Positions 23,241-32,000 of a DNA stretch of 32,000 nt are shown here, piece by piece. A program made the translations under genes and the position numbers. The notes beneath the pieces are model-generated. The model made no database searches. It was not told the DNA's origin and saw nothing but the letters and a program-made list of their open reading frames with translations. Numbering within the stretch: position 1 is the first letter of the stretch; every line of letters starts with the position of its first letter. Source of the DNA: Methanothermobacter thermautotrophicus (GTDB taxonomy: Archaea; Methanobacteriota; Methanobacteria; Methanobacteriales; Methanothermobacteraceae); NCBI RefSeq assembly GCF_014889545.1, contig NZ_QKOF01000007.1, forward strand, positions 165,718-197,717, in the 5' to 3' direction.

Positions 23241-23362
23241 CCGCTGAAGCAGGTCTATAAAGAAGCACATGAGATCAATACACAATCATAGAACCAGAAA
23301 CCATCAATAAAAATGACTTAAAGCTATCAGGATTTAAAAAAGAAAGTTTGGGGTGGCCATTT

Positions 23363-23950
23363 TCAGGCCGATGATTTAACCACAAACATACCGGGCTTAC
23401 TTGAAGTGGGGTGGTATATCTTGTTGTAGCCACTGTAGTCGTAGTCAACCCAGCGCCCCCCACTGTACACCTGTACAGTACGGTGACGTGGTGACATGCC
23501 TGTGGCGTACTGTATTATACGCACCGTCTTCCCGGATGATGTGAGTTTTCTGTATAAATATTCACTCATGGCCCAGCAGTCCCCTATGTCTGGATCATAG
23601 CGATACGTGCTGGTACTGTAGGCTGCCCGCACCCGCTTCTTCCTGTAGGTCTTCTTTGAGTACCTTTTCTTCACGCTGGTACGGTATGTAGCCCTGACCT
23701 TCTTCCTGTAGGTCTTCTTGTACTTCTTGTACTTCTTGTACTTGTATGCGGCGTCAACCTTGACAGGTTCAGCCTTTATATTATCAGTTTTCGTTACTAT
23801 TTTTGCGTTTTCTGTTCCACTATTTACTGCCTCACTGATGGGCACTGAACCCACAGTGAACATCAGTGCAAAGAGCACTGTGACTGCTTTGAATCGCGTA
23901 ATTTTATCGCCTCCAATGTCCAATACTAACCCTAAGGTCACTAAGGACAC
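23363..23950 (-). CDS. Secreted protein: signal peptide, K/Y/R-rich basic repeat region, C-terminal transglutaminase-like Cys-His-Asp core
   Basis: 195-aa track ORF with an uncertain GTG start. The signal peptide is FKAVTVLFALMFTVGSVPISEA. Basic repeats include YKYKKYKKYKKTYRKKVRATYRTSVKKRYSKKTYRKKRVRAAY. The C-terminus IGDCWAMSEYLYRKLTSSGKTVRIIQYATGMSPRHRTVQVYSGGRWVDYDY has the G-x-C ... H ... D spacing of transglutaminase-like cysteine peptidases. Confidence 0.55.
   Translation of the reverse strand: MSLVTLGLVLDIGGDKITRFKAVTVLFALMFTVGSVPISEAVNSGTENAKIVTKTDNIKAEPVKVDAAYKYKKYKKYKKTYRKKVRATYRTSVKKRYSKKTYRKKRVRAAYSTSTYRYDPDIGDCWAMSEYLYRKLTSSGKTVRIIQYATGMSPRHRTVQVYSGGRWVDYDYSGYNKIYHPTSSKPGMFVVKSSA
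23636..23746 (-). repeat. In-frame coding repeats: 21-nt unit twice (63-nt period) and 9-nt unit about 3.7 times
   Basis: cttcttcctgtaggtcttctt occurs at 23636..23656 and 23699..23719, encoding KKTYRKK. cttcttgta repeats three times, followed by cttgta, at 23714..23746, encoding (YKK)n. Confidence 0.9.
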
Positions 23951-24355
23951 TGAGTCAATGGTTACATCATCCTAGTATATAAATGTTTCCATAAAATAAA
24001 AGCTCTCTGAGCTTCTTTAATCCAGAAAAGCCTTCAGAATCCTTTTCTAATATCCAGATACTCTCTGAGAGTCCATGGCATTTTATTTAAGGAGAGGGGT
24101 CTCTGGGGAATCCCATTTGAGGTTTTGGACAGTAAGCACTGTCTGATCGAAAAGCAATTCAGAGGACAAATCCAGTATAAAGAGCCATCCATATATCCCA
24201 TTAATGTTAAAAGAAGATCCAGAAGGTTTAATATGTTAAAAACGAGGTGATAATTGAAATTTGAATTTAAAACTTTTCTGATAGCTCAAATAGCCTCAAA
24301 GACAACTTTAAACACACAAAATTAAAAATAGAATTATTTCTGTGTCCCTGAAAAA

Positions 24356-26869
24356 TCAGCCGGCCTTTTCTATGATGGATGTTCCGTCAGACTTTTCAAC
24401 CCTGTAGATATGGTCTGCAAGGTTTTCAAGTTCCTCCTCATGTGATACAAGGATTATCTGTCTGGATTCAAGTTCATCAAAGATGTCCCTGAGCTTGTAG
24501 AGCTGTTCCTTGCTGAATCCATCGGTGGGTTCGTCAAGTATGAGGATGTCTGACCTCACATCGGTGAGCCTCTGTACCACCATGTTCAGTGCAAGCCTGT
24601 ATGCAAGTGCTATGCTGGTCCTCTCACCACCACTGAGGTATTCAAGGTTCTGCTCATAGCCGTCCTGCTCGATGATGGGTGTGAAGTCCTCATCAACCCT
24701 CACAGATTTGCTGGGGTCATCCACGAGGACCCTGAACCATTTCTGGAATCTCTCATTGAACTCATGGTTTATCTGTGCCATCACATGGGTCTCAATGTCG
24801 GCGAGAGCAGGGATGAAGTACTCCTCGAGCCAGGTCACATAGTTTCCCAGTTCCCGTGCACGTTTCCTGAGTTCTCTCTTTTTAGCAATTTCAGACTCAA
24901 GGTTACCAATCTGTCTCTGCTTCTCCTCGATTTTTCCTTCAACTGCACCCCTTCTGTCTCTTTTTTCATCTCGAAGATTTTCCATTTCACCGATACTCTG
25001 GGTTAGCTCATGTATACTGGACTCAACTTCATCCCTGTTTTTGAGTGCCTCTTCATTTTCCTTGATTTTAGCTTTCTTTTCAGCGATTTTATTTTTATTT
25101 TCATCAATTTTCTTGAGGTTATCTCTGTATTCCCTGCTGGTCTCAGGGTTGAGTTCACTGATCCTGGTCCTGAGATGATCCATCCTGTCCTCTGTTGCTG
25201 CAAGTCTGCCAGAGCATTCTGACTCACGCTCACGCAGGGATTTCAGTTCATTCTCCACACTGTTAAATTCAGATTCTGCGTCCTTCAGTTCCTCGATTAT
25301 CCTCTCAGTCCCTGCAATCTCTTCCTCAATCTCCCGGATCCTTTCTCTGGTTTTATCAAGCCCTTCACGCTTTCTACGGCACTCATCAATCCGTTTCGCA
25401 AGGTCCTCCCTGAGCAGCCTCAGTTCATCCCGGGCCCTCTTATATTCCCCTATACGCTTCAGGAGTTCATTTTTATCCAAGATTTCATTTCTGAGCTCTG
25501 ATATCCTTGATTCAACTGATTTCCTTCTTTCACGGGCCTCGCTGAGTCTATCATCTATGTAGTCCGGGTCAACCTCCTGGTCACATGTGGGGCATATCCC
25601 CCTGGTTCCGATGGATTTGTAGTCCTCTATCTTACCCTTGATCCCGCCGAGTTCCTGCTGGAGAGCCGACACCTCAACCTCAAGCCTCCTGATCCCGGCT
25701 TCAACTTCATCCTCCCTGTATCCAGGATCCTCAATGGACTCCATGACCTCTATCTTTGATTTTATTCGGCCAGTGTACTCTTCAATCCATGATATTTCAT
25801 CCTCAAGTTCCTTCCCTGTCTTAAGGAGATTTTTGAGTTCACTGGTAAGGTTCCTGAACTGGATTGAGGCTTCCCTGAACCTCCGGGAGTCCTCCATGAG
25901 GGATTCCCTTTTCATCTCAATTCCCTGTATCCTTTCCCTGAGTGACCCGAGTTCCTCCTGGACCTTCTCCCTTCTATCCTTGCATCTCTGGAGTTCATCA
26001 ACGGATCTCTGATACTCCTCCTCTATATCCCTGTTCCTTTCCATGAGTCTCTCTGAGGATGACATCAGGATTTCCATCTCATTTTTAAGGGATTCTATCT
26101 CCTTCTCGGCACTATCAATCCTGTTCTTCTCTACCTGAAGACCCTCCATCTCTGATTCAAGTTTACGTATCTCTTCCTCAATTTTTTCTATATCCCCGTC
26201 AAGGAGTTTCTTCTCTGCTTCAATCTCCTTCTTCTCGCTCAGAAGGTTCTCAAGTTCTCCCTCCTTATCCTCAAGGTCATAGGACCTATCTTCAAGGCTC
26301 TCTGATTCCCTTCTTATTCTCCTGGAAACAAGCCTTGCATTATCAGCCGCCCTGCTGTACTTCTCAATGTCAAAGGCCTTCCTGAGCCTTTCAAGACGGT
26401 CATTCCTGGGGGCCTCAATTATGCTCTTCATCTGCTCCTGTGGGGTGAAGACAGCGTAACGGTATATCCTGCTCTTGGCCCTGGGGTTCAGGGGTTCCCT
26501 GTAACCGAGTATCTCAAGTACCTCGGCCTTCAATTCCTTTGCAGAGAGTTTCCTGACCCCACGGGGTGTTCTGATGTGGAGTTCGCCCTGCTGAACCCCG
26601 CTGGACCCCCTCCTGAGTTCCCTGTAAACCGTGTACTCCTCTCCCTCAACGGTGAAGGTGAGCTTAACCGAACCTGAATTTGATGTGGCCCTCAGGAGGC
26701 TGTCACCCCTCTGATCACCCAGGCCGAAGAGGGCGAATTCTATTGCAAGGAGCAGAGTGGTCTTACCTGAACCAATATCACCCTCAAATAGGGTCACCCC
26801 CTCATCAAACTCAACCCTTCCCGACTCATAGCTCCTTATGTTCCTGATTTCAAGTGAATTGATGATCAA
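24356..26869 (-). CDS. rad50: Rad50 DNA double-strand-break repair ATPase
   Basis: 837-aa track ORF. Motifs are Walker [14 protein letters not shown], a long E/K/R-rich coiled coil with the zinc hook CPTCDQ in the middle, signature motif LSGGERTS, Walker B ILILDEPT, and VSHEEEL. It has a 4-nt overlap with mre11. Confidence 0.95.
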   Translation of the reverse strand: MIINSLEIRNIRSYESGRVEFDEGVTLFEGDIGSGKTTLLLAIEFALFGLGDQRGDSLLRATSNSGSVKLTFTVEGEEYTVYRELRRGSSGVQQGELHIRTPRGVRKLSAKELKAEVLEILGYREPLNPRAKSRIYRYAVFTPQEQMKSIIEAPRNDRLERLRKAFDIEKYSRAADNARLVSRRIRRESESLEDRSYDLEDKEGELENLLSEKKEIEAEKKLLDGDIEKIEEEIRKLESEMEGLQVEKNRIDSAEKEIESLKNEMEILMSSSERLMERNRDIEEEYQRSVDELQRCKDRREKVQEELGSLRERIQGIEMKRESLMEDSRRFREASIQFRNLTSELKNLLKTGKELEDEISWIEEYTGRIKSKIEVMESIEDPGYREDEVEAGIRRLEVEVSALQQELGGIKGKIEDYKSIGTRGICPTCDQEVDPDYIDDRLSEARERRKSVESRISELRNEILDKNELLKRIGEYKRARDELRLLREDLAKRIDECRRKREGLDKTRERIREIEEEIAGTERIIEELKDAESEFNSVENELKSLRERESECSGRLAATEDRMDHLRTRISELNPETSREYRDNLKKIDENKNKIAEKKAKIKENEEALKNRDEVESSIHELTQSIGEMENLRDEKRDRRGAVEGKIEEKQRQIGNLESEIAKKRELRKRARELGNYVTWLEEYFIPALADIETHVMAQINHEFNERFQKWFRVLVDDPSKSVRVDEDFTPIIEQDGYEQNLEYLSGGERTSIALAYRLALNMVVQRLTDVRSDILILDEPTDGFSKEQLYKLRDIFDELESRQIILVSHEEELENLADHIYRVEKSDGTSIIEKAG

Positions 26870-28128
26870 GTACCATCACCACCCAGATCCAGGTCCAGGA
26901 CATCCTCGGCATCCTCGGTGATCCTCTTCTCATATTCGCTCCTGTTCTCACCCGGGGCCTTCTCATTCTCAAGTCTCCTCAGGAGCTCAACCGCAATGGA
27001 ATCACCCTCATCCATGAGTCTCCTGTTTTTGATGTCAAGCCCTGCAAGTTTCTCCCTGAAGATCCTCCTCTCCATTCTGGGCACATCACTCTCCACCACC
27101 CTGACCTTCTGGATCTCGCGGGTGCTGAGGCCGTACCTGTTTATCTGGACGACACGGGCCCCCATGGATTCAAGTCTTTCCCTTATACTCGCCGAGTTTA
27201 TGTCCGATGTCCTTCCTGAGCTGAGCTCACCCCTTATCTTGAGCATCACAACCTTCCCTGTAACATCATGGTCCGCTATCTCCCGCCCTATCAGGGAGAA
27301 TGCGTCCTGGGAGTTCCTCCCTGTAACATCACATTCAATGTACTCGAACTCGGCCGGCCTTATCTCCCTGAACTCAGGTTCCCTGACCTTATCAGTGAAT
27401 TCCACCAGATAGTAACCCCTGACCTCTCCCCTGGCGTTTTCCTCGAGGTCACCGGCGTATGAACCAAAGAGTGTGCCCGGGTACACGATGGGACCGTAGC
27501 CCTCCTCATGGTAGCATCCACTCCTGTGGACGTGTCCACCGGCATAGTACTCGAATCCCCTGGGGAAGAGGTTCAGGTCCACCGATTCCATGTCTGCAAG
27601 GTCAGCCGGTTTGAACTGGGTTATGGCGCTGTGGAAAAGGAATATCCTGAACCCCTCCTCGGCCTCCAGGGCATCCCTGTCGAGTTTCATGAAGTAGTCG
27701 ACCTCAAGGGTCCTTGATCTGCCTGAAAGTCCTGTGATCTTTGCGCCTGTCTTCTCGTCCACCGTGAACTCAAGTCCAAGCCTCTTACCTGGGATGGGGC
27801 GAACGACCTTCTCTATCACCCCTGCACTTTCAAGGATGTCTATCATGGATGTGTTGGATGGGCTGTAGTCGTGACTCCCGTAGTTGACGTATATGGGGAC
27901 CCCCGCCTCCCTGACCCTCCTGAGTTCAAGGGTGGCCCTCTTGACGGTCTCCATGTTGGGTATGTTGGAGTGGAAGAGGTCCCCTGCTATTATTATGAAG
28001 TCAACGTCATTCTGGAGTGCATCATCCAGGGCCATCCTGAAGGCCTCAAATTCAAGTTCCCTGAGGTCAGGCTGTTTCTGAGCCCCCAGGTGGCAGTCTG
28101 AGAGGTGTGCGAATCTGTACATGCCCAC
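26866..28128 (-). CDS. mre11: Mre11 nuclease (calcineurin-like phosphoesterase)
   Basis: 420-aa track ORF with [24 protein letters not shown] and AGGHVH phosphoesterase motifs in the canonical order. Confidence 0.93.
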   Translation of the reverse strand: MGMYRFAHLSDCHLGAQKQPDLRELEFEAFRMALDDALQNDVDFIIIAGDLFHSNIPNMETVKRATLELRRVREAGVPIYVNYGSHDYSPSNTSMIDILESAGVIEKVVRPIPGKRLGLEFTVDEKTGAKITGLSGRSRTLEVDYFMKLDRDALEAEEGFRIFLFHSAITQFKPADLADMESVDLNLFPRGFEYYAGGHVHRSGCYHEEGYGPIVYPGTLFGSYAGDLEENARGEVRGYYLVEFTDKVREPEFREIRPAEFEYIECDVTGRNSQDAFSLIGREIADHDVTGKVVMLKIRGELSSGRTSDINSASIRERLESMGARVVQINRYGLSTREIQKVRVVESDVPRMERRIFREKLAGLDIKNRRLMDEGDSIAVELLRRLENEKAPGENRSEYEKRITEDAEDVLDLDLGGDGT

Positions 28129-28130
28129 AC

Positions 28131-29657
28131 CTACCCTATAAACTCAATCTCCTCATCTTCACTATCCTCTGATTCCAGTCCCGCTGATTCAATGAACTCC
28201 TCAAAGAGGGGTATCTTCACAGGGACTGCGAACTTTGTGAATATGCTGCTCACTATGGCTTCACCCTTATCAAGGCTTGCTATGGTCCTGTTATCATCTG
28301 ATAGATCCTGTGAGGCACTCCCTATTATCTCAGCCCTCTCCTGGGCCATCTCATTTCCCAGGATTATCTTGGTGTTCATGTTGGCAAGGACAGTCCTGGG
28401 TATCAAACTCACGAGCTGGGTTATTGCAATTAGTCCTATGTTGAATTTACGCCCCTCCCTTGCTATGGTGCTGTAGATGTTGTTTCCCTGCCTCTCAATG
28501 ACCTCCTTTCCGAGGACGCGGGGGGCCTCCTCTATCACTATCCCTATGACCGGTTTTCGCCGGAGCTTCCCATCGGCCTTGTACTGCTGGTACCTCCTGA
28601 AGATCTCGGCTGAGATGACACTTCCAACCAGGAGTTCGGCCTCACCCATGAGTCTTGAGGTGTCCACCACGACGATCCTTCCATCCTCAAGGCTGGCCGC
28701 GATGTCCTTTATTGTTGACTCGCCTCCACGCTCCCTGAAGACTCCTCCCCTTGACTTTATTTTGCCGTCATCAAGGTACACTCCGAGGATGACGTCGAAG
28801 ATCCTCCTCAGCACGTTGAGTGTCACCTGCTGTACGCCGGGTAGTTCCTCTCCCTTCACGATCTTCAGGATCCATTCATCCCCGTATTCGTTGTAGTACC
28901 TTGCAATTGCCTGCTCCTGTGCCTGTGTGAAGGGAATTATGCCCTCAAAGTGCTCGGGGCGGAGTGACCTTAGGTTTATGGTGAGGGTGTTCCCGCCCAC
29001 AGGGGCATCAGGGGAGTAGTAGACCACATTATTTGAGGGGTGCCTCCGGAGGCCGGCCTCGTTCCTCCCGTAGTACTCATCGTGTGGGTCCAGGACGAGA
29101 ATGCCCACCCTGTCCATCTCTGCAAGGCTCCAGAGCATCACCTTCACAAGGTTACTCTTACCCCTCCCTGTGGTTGCAGGTATTAGGATGTGGTGGGTTA
29201 TGGCGTCAACTGCATCGACGTAGACCGGTGTATCCAGGACCTTCGAGCCGCTCCTCACGTGTCCAAGGAATACAGGGTTTCTGGGCTTCTCAAGGAAGTC
29301 CAGGTCCCCCTCTCTGATCCTCCGGACCTCCCTGAAGAATCTGGGGAGGCGTTTGGGTATCAGTGGCTCCCCCTCCCTCACATGGAGTATGGGGCGGGCC
29401 TCTGCAATGATGTAGTTCCTCAGCTCCGGTTCGAGGAACTCCACGTCCCCGCTGTAACCCTCAAGGTTGAACCCCGATGCCAGCTCCCTCATGCCCTGGG
29501 GTATCTGGGACCTGTACCTGAGGTCCTTGACCTGGAGTATTGTGTATCCATCGCCCTCTGCAACCAGCAGGTCGCCGAGTTCTACGGGTTCACCTGATTT
29601 CTGCCTTATGAGTACCGCGGCTGTTTCACCGCCTATTATCTGGCCTACAGCTTCCAT
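28131..29657 (-). CDS. herA: HerA hexameric DNA translocase/helicase (FtsK-HerA superfamily)
   Basis: 508-aa track ORF. It has Walker [13 protein letters not shown] and Walker [11 protein letters not shown], with an N-terminal barrel-like region. The ORF lies between nurA and mre11, and its start overlaps the nurA stop by 13 nt. Confidence 0.9.
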   Translation of the reverse strand: MEAVGQIIGGETAAVLIRQKSGEPVELGDLLVAEGDGYTILQVKDLRYRSQIPQGMRELASGFNLEGYSGDVEFLEPELRNYIIAEARPILHVREGEPLIPKRLPRFFREVRRIREGDLDFLEKPRNPVFLGHVRSGSKVLDTPVYVDAVDAITHHILIPATTGRGKSNLVKVMLWSLAEMDRVGILVLDPHDEYYGRNEAGLRRHPSNNVVYYSPDAPVGGNTLTINLRSLRPEHFEGIIPFTQAQEQAIARYYNEYGDEWILKIVKGEELPGVQQVTLNVLRRIFDVILGVYLDDGKIKSRGGVFRERGGESTIKDIAASLEDGRIVVVDTSRLMGEAELLVGSVISAEIFRRYQQYKADGKLRRKPVIGIVIEEAPRVLGKEVIERQGNNIYSTIAREGRKFNIGLIAITQLVSLIPRTVLANMNTKIILGNEMAQERAEIIGSASQDLSDDNRTIASLDKGEAIVSSIFTKFAVPVKIPLFEEFIESAGLESEDSEDEEIEFIG

Positions 29658-30721
29658 TGATCCTCACCTGCATACCTGTTAAGTTCATCATGGTAGTTCA
29701 TGGTATCGATCTCCTCCCTTATGCCCTCAAGGACCTCCCGGTCCCTGACCTGTGAGAGGAGCCTCCTCCTGTATATCTCCACCTCATCACCTGAGACCCT
29801 GGCCCTCATATCCACATCAACCAGGCCGTAGGGGTATCCAGGGAAGCATGCATCCCTCGCATTGAGGGATAGGGCTGATGCGACCTCCATGGCATCATCC
29901 CTTCCGCACTCGCCGAGGATGTCCATCCTGAATATCCTCCCTGCCGGGTTCAGTTTAACTGCAGTGATGGTGGTCGGCCTGTCCGTCCTGATGGCGACTG
30001 GGTGGTAGCACCAGCCCCCCTCCATGTAAGATTCTGCGGCGAGTCTCCCCACCGCAGCTAGGAGTGAGATGGATGTGGTGGTGTAGAGGGTGCATGTCTT
30101 TGAGAGTCCAGCCACATGGATGTCCCTGGCCTCATCCATGAGTTTCATGATGTAGCGGTTCTCCCTCTCGAATGATGCCTGGAGTGACCCGTCCCTCACC
30201 AGGATGTCCCCATCATCGAGTTCATTGAGGGCCCCTGTGGCCATGGTCCACTCTGCGAACCTCCTCGGGAGGCCCCTGAGGGTTGACTCATCAACCAGCT
30301 CTGCATCTGCAAGCCCAAGCTGGAGGTCATCCTCATCTGGAAGGAACTCCCGGTACTCCTCCCTGATTGGGTGTAGCTGGAACCTGCATGTCCCATCCTC
30401 TGGATGGATCTTCATGACCGAGAAGAACTCGATCCTTGATGGCATCTCTGGCTGGATCCTCGCATCTCCCCTGAAGAGGCTCAGGGCGACCCTGTTGATC
30501 TGGACTGATATTGCCGGTCCCTCCAGTATGGGGCTGTTACCCCCATCTATGAAGGCCAGGAGCCTCTTATCTCGCCCCTGAATGGGTATGAAGCCATCCG
30601 CGGTGAATTCATGGACCCTGTATCGTGATGATCTGAAGTAGGGCCTCCCAAGATCGGCTCTGACACTCCCCTCCAGGGTCTGTGCAATCCTATCAAGAAC
30701 GTCCAATAAAAAATCCCCCAT
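29645..30721 (-). CDS. nurA: NurA 5'-3' nuclease
   Basis: The track ORF extends to 30874 (409 aa), but the first 51 codons overlap the upstream gene and run through an AT-rich promoter-like stretch. The ATG at 30721 ([14 protein letters not shown]...) gives 359 aa. It has NurA-type features ([17 protein letters not shown]) and sits in a nurA-herA-mre11-rad50 context. Confidence 0.8.
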   Translation of the reverse strand: MGDFLLDVLDRIAQTLEGSVRADLGRPYFRSSRYRVHEFTADGFIPIQGRDKRLLAFIDGGNSPILEGPAISVQINRVALSLFRGDARIQPEMPSRIEFFSVMKIHPEDGTCRFQLHPIREEYREFLPDEDDLQLGLADAELVDESTLRGLPRRFAEWTMATGALNELDDGDILVRDGSLQASFERENRYIMKLMDEARDIHVAGLSKTCTLYTTTSISLLAAVGRLAAESYMEGGWCYHPVAIRTDRPTTITAVKLNPAGRIFRMDILGECGRDDAMEVASALSLNARDACFPGYPYGLVDVDMRARVSGDEVEIYRRRLLSQVRDREVLEGIREEIDTMNYHDELNRYAGEDQWKL

Positions 30722-30753
30722 GTAAATGTTTAATATTGAATAAGAAATGAATG

Positions 30754-30760
30754 TTATAAA
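30754..30760 (-). promoter_or_regulatory. TATA-box-like element for the nurA-herA-mre11-rad50 operon
   Basis: The minus strand reads ctaTTTATAAcat, ~33-39 nt upstream of the ATG at 30721, within the only AT-rich stretch between 30722 and 30857. Confidence 0.4.
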
Positions 30761-30857
30761 TAGTTTGTGGTTTTCTGCTGAAGTACTCTGTCCATTGCAA
30801 AGCCCCTGCTCCTTCTCAGGAGAGGGGTCGCCATGGCATCCGATGGCACCGCGGGAC

Positions 30858-31388
30858 TCACTCCTCTGGTTCAACTATAACAGCTGTACCGTAGGCCAGG
30901 ATCTCCTGCATAATATCTGAGATTGAGTCTGAATCAAATCTCACACTGATAACCGCATTGGCGCCCATTTCACGGGCATGATCCAGCATCCTTTCAAGGG
31001 CCTCCTGCCTTGAGTGCTCCATCATGGTGACGTACTCCTTGATCTCACCGCCCACAATGGACCTTAAACCGGCACCTATCTGGCCCCCCAGGCCCCTGCT
31101 CCTCACTGTAAGGCCGTATACAAATCCAAGTACCTTGACGGCCCTGTAACCAGGGACATAGTTGCTTGTAACGTATATAATATCCCCGTGCTCCTCAACC
31201 ACCACAGGTTTTTCCCTTCGCTCCTCCAGCCTTGTGCCGCACTCATCGCAGAAGTTGGCTTCAGCCCCATACTCCTTGCCACAGTTTGGGCAGAACTTCT
31301 CGGCTTTCTTGGGCTCAGATCCTGCAGTTGCAGGTCCCATACCCTTCTTCTCGGCGAGTCTCCTCTTCATCTCTTCACTTGTAACCAT
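30858..31388 (-). CDS. Zinc-ribbon fused to YbjQ/UPF0145 (DUF74) domain protein
   Basis: 176-aa track ORF. The N-terminus has CPNCGKEYGAEANFCDECG. The C-terminal ~105 aa (VTSNYVPGYRAVKVLGFVYGLTVRSRGLGGQIGAGLRSIVGGEIKEYVTMMEHSRQEALERMLDHAREMGANAVISVRFDS) is typical of the YbjQ family. Confidence 0.8.
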   Translation of the reverse strand: MVTSEEMKRRLAEKKGMGPATAGSEPKKAEKFCPNCGKEYGAEANFCDECGTRLEERREKPVVVEEHGDIIYVTSNYVPGYRAVKVLGFVYGLTVRSRGLGGQIGAGLRSIVGGEIKEYVTMMEHSRQEALERMLDHAREMGANAVISVRFDSDSISDIMQEILAYGTAVIVEPEE

Positions 31389-31435
31389 AATAACACCATA
31401 ATTAATTTCTACTGCAAGTGTATAATAAGGTTACC

Positions 31436-32000
31436 ATGAAATCAGGGAAAGCCTATGTTGAACCATTCACCAGAAGAGGCACTATCTGGGGGCTTATAAT
31501 CCCCTACATCCCCCTCATCATTCTTACCTTACTCCTCATCCTCAAACCATACTACCTCTTCCCGACCCATGGCGACCTTGACTTCCACCTTGTGAGGGCC
31601 AGGGAGATAATGCTGGACCCAAGCAGGGGCCTCCTCTGGGATTACCTGGTCTATTACCCCATGGGAAGACCCCTGGGCCATCCGCCGCTCATCCAGGCAG
31701 TAATCGCGGGACTGTGGACCCTGGGGGGTGTCAGGTTCGCCCACTCCATAATGTGCGTGACCCAGATACTTCTCACAGTATTCACGGCATCATGGGTTGC
31801 CTCAAGGTGGTATGGCAGGCGTGCGGGGCTCATCGCAGGTACACTGGTCCTTGCATCCCCCCGCCCTGACACACTCTCTGTTATAATGCCAGCAGCCTAC
31901 ATACCCGTCCTGGTTGTCCTGACAGTGTACCTCCTTGGGGAGGACCGCTTGTCTGCAGCGGTGACAGGGACCCTGGCGCTCTGGACCCACTTCATAGCCC
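31436..32000 (+). CDS. Polytopic membrane protein, N-terminal 188 codons (continues beyond window end); possibly a GT-C-type glycosyltransferase
   Basis: Absent from the track because it is open at the edge. My translation from the ATG at 31436 gives MKSGKAYVEPFTRRGTIWGLIIPYIPLIILTLLLILKPYYLFPTHGDLDFHLVRAREIMLD...LIQAVIAGLWTLGG...ILLTVFTASWVASRWYGRRAGLIAGTLVLAS...YIPVLVVLTVYLLG, with no stop to position 32000. It has several TM helices with an acidic first loop. The functional guess is weak. Confidence 0.6.
   Translation, partial: MKSGKAYVEPFTRRGTIWGLIIPYIPLIILTLLLILKPYYLFPTHGDLDFHLVRAREIMLDPSRGLLWDYLVYYPMGRPLGHPPLIQAVIAGLWTLGGVRFAHSIMCVTQILLTVFTASWVASRWYGRRAGLIAGTLVLASPRPDTLSVIMPAAYIPVLVVLTVYLLGEDRLSAAVTGTLALWTHFIA

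Noticed and set aside
30722-30874. N-terminal 51-codon extension of the nurA ORF
   Set aside because: It overlaps the 3' end of the YbjQ gene, crosses the AT-rich TATA-containing spacer, and encodes a non-conserved-looking peptide (MNQRSESRGAIGCHGDPSPEKEQ...). The internal ATG at 30721 is the more plausible start.

Overview
This looks like an archaeal chromosomal segment. It has TATA-box-like promoters, GGAGGTGA-type ribosome-binding sites, oligo-T terminators, a NurA-HerA-Mre11-Rad50 operon and a protein with a class III (pilin-type) signal peptide. Several Mur-ligase genes, a protein with a pseudomurein-binding-repeat-like motif and an MTH538-type TIR-like protein point to a pseudomurein-walled methanogen (Methanobacteriales, probably a Methanothermobacter). 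That assignment is inference from gene content only. I can support about 31 protein-coding genes. Two are cut by the window edges and so are missing from the ORF track: a UvrD-like helicase at 1..483 (-) and a polytopic membrane protein at 31436..32000 (+). I saw no rRNA, tRNA, CRISPR array, IS element or integrase. The main blocks run as follows. (1) A helicase 5' end, then an 870-bp non-coding gap containing direct repeats. (2) A 1486-aa CobN homolog that appears to be exported and membrane-anchored. (3) A CARF/Csa3-like wHTH regulator paired with an archaeal AAA ATPase, with no cas genes nearby. (4) A lower-GC islet of small envelope proteins at 7.8-11.1 kb. (5) A Zn-ribbon/DUF169/acidic-protein trio. 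(6) A minus-strand operon at 12.4-19.0 kb with three MurD/MurT-like ligase modules (two fused into one 1000-aa protein), a VanW-like anchored protein, a MobA-like nucleotidyltransferase and a small TM protein. This is my best candidate for a poorly described system, namely pseudomurein peptide assembly. (7) A pilin-like gene, msrA and a two-subunit 2-oxoacid:ferredoxin oxidoreductase. (8) A TIR-like singleton and a secreted protein with a basic repeat and a transglutaminase-like core. (9) nurA-herA-mre11-rad50, followed by a Zn-ribbon-YbjQ fusion. A recurring structural oddity is that three genes have their last codons plus stop codon duplicated in tandem immediately downstream, each pair sharing a perfectly identical core. 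All functional calls rest on motif recognition by eye; no searches were run.
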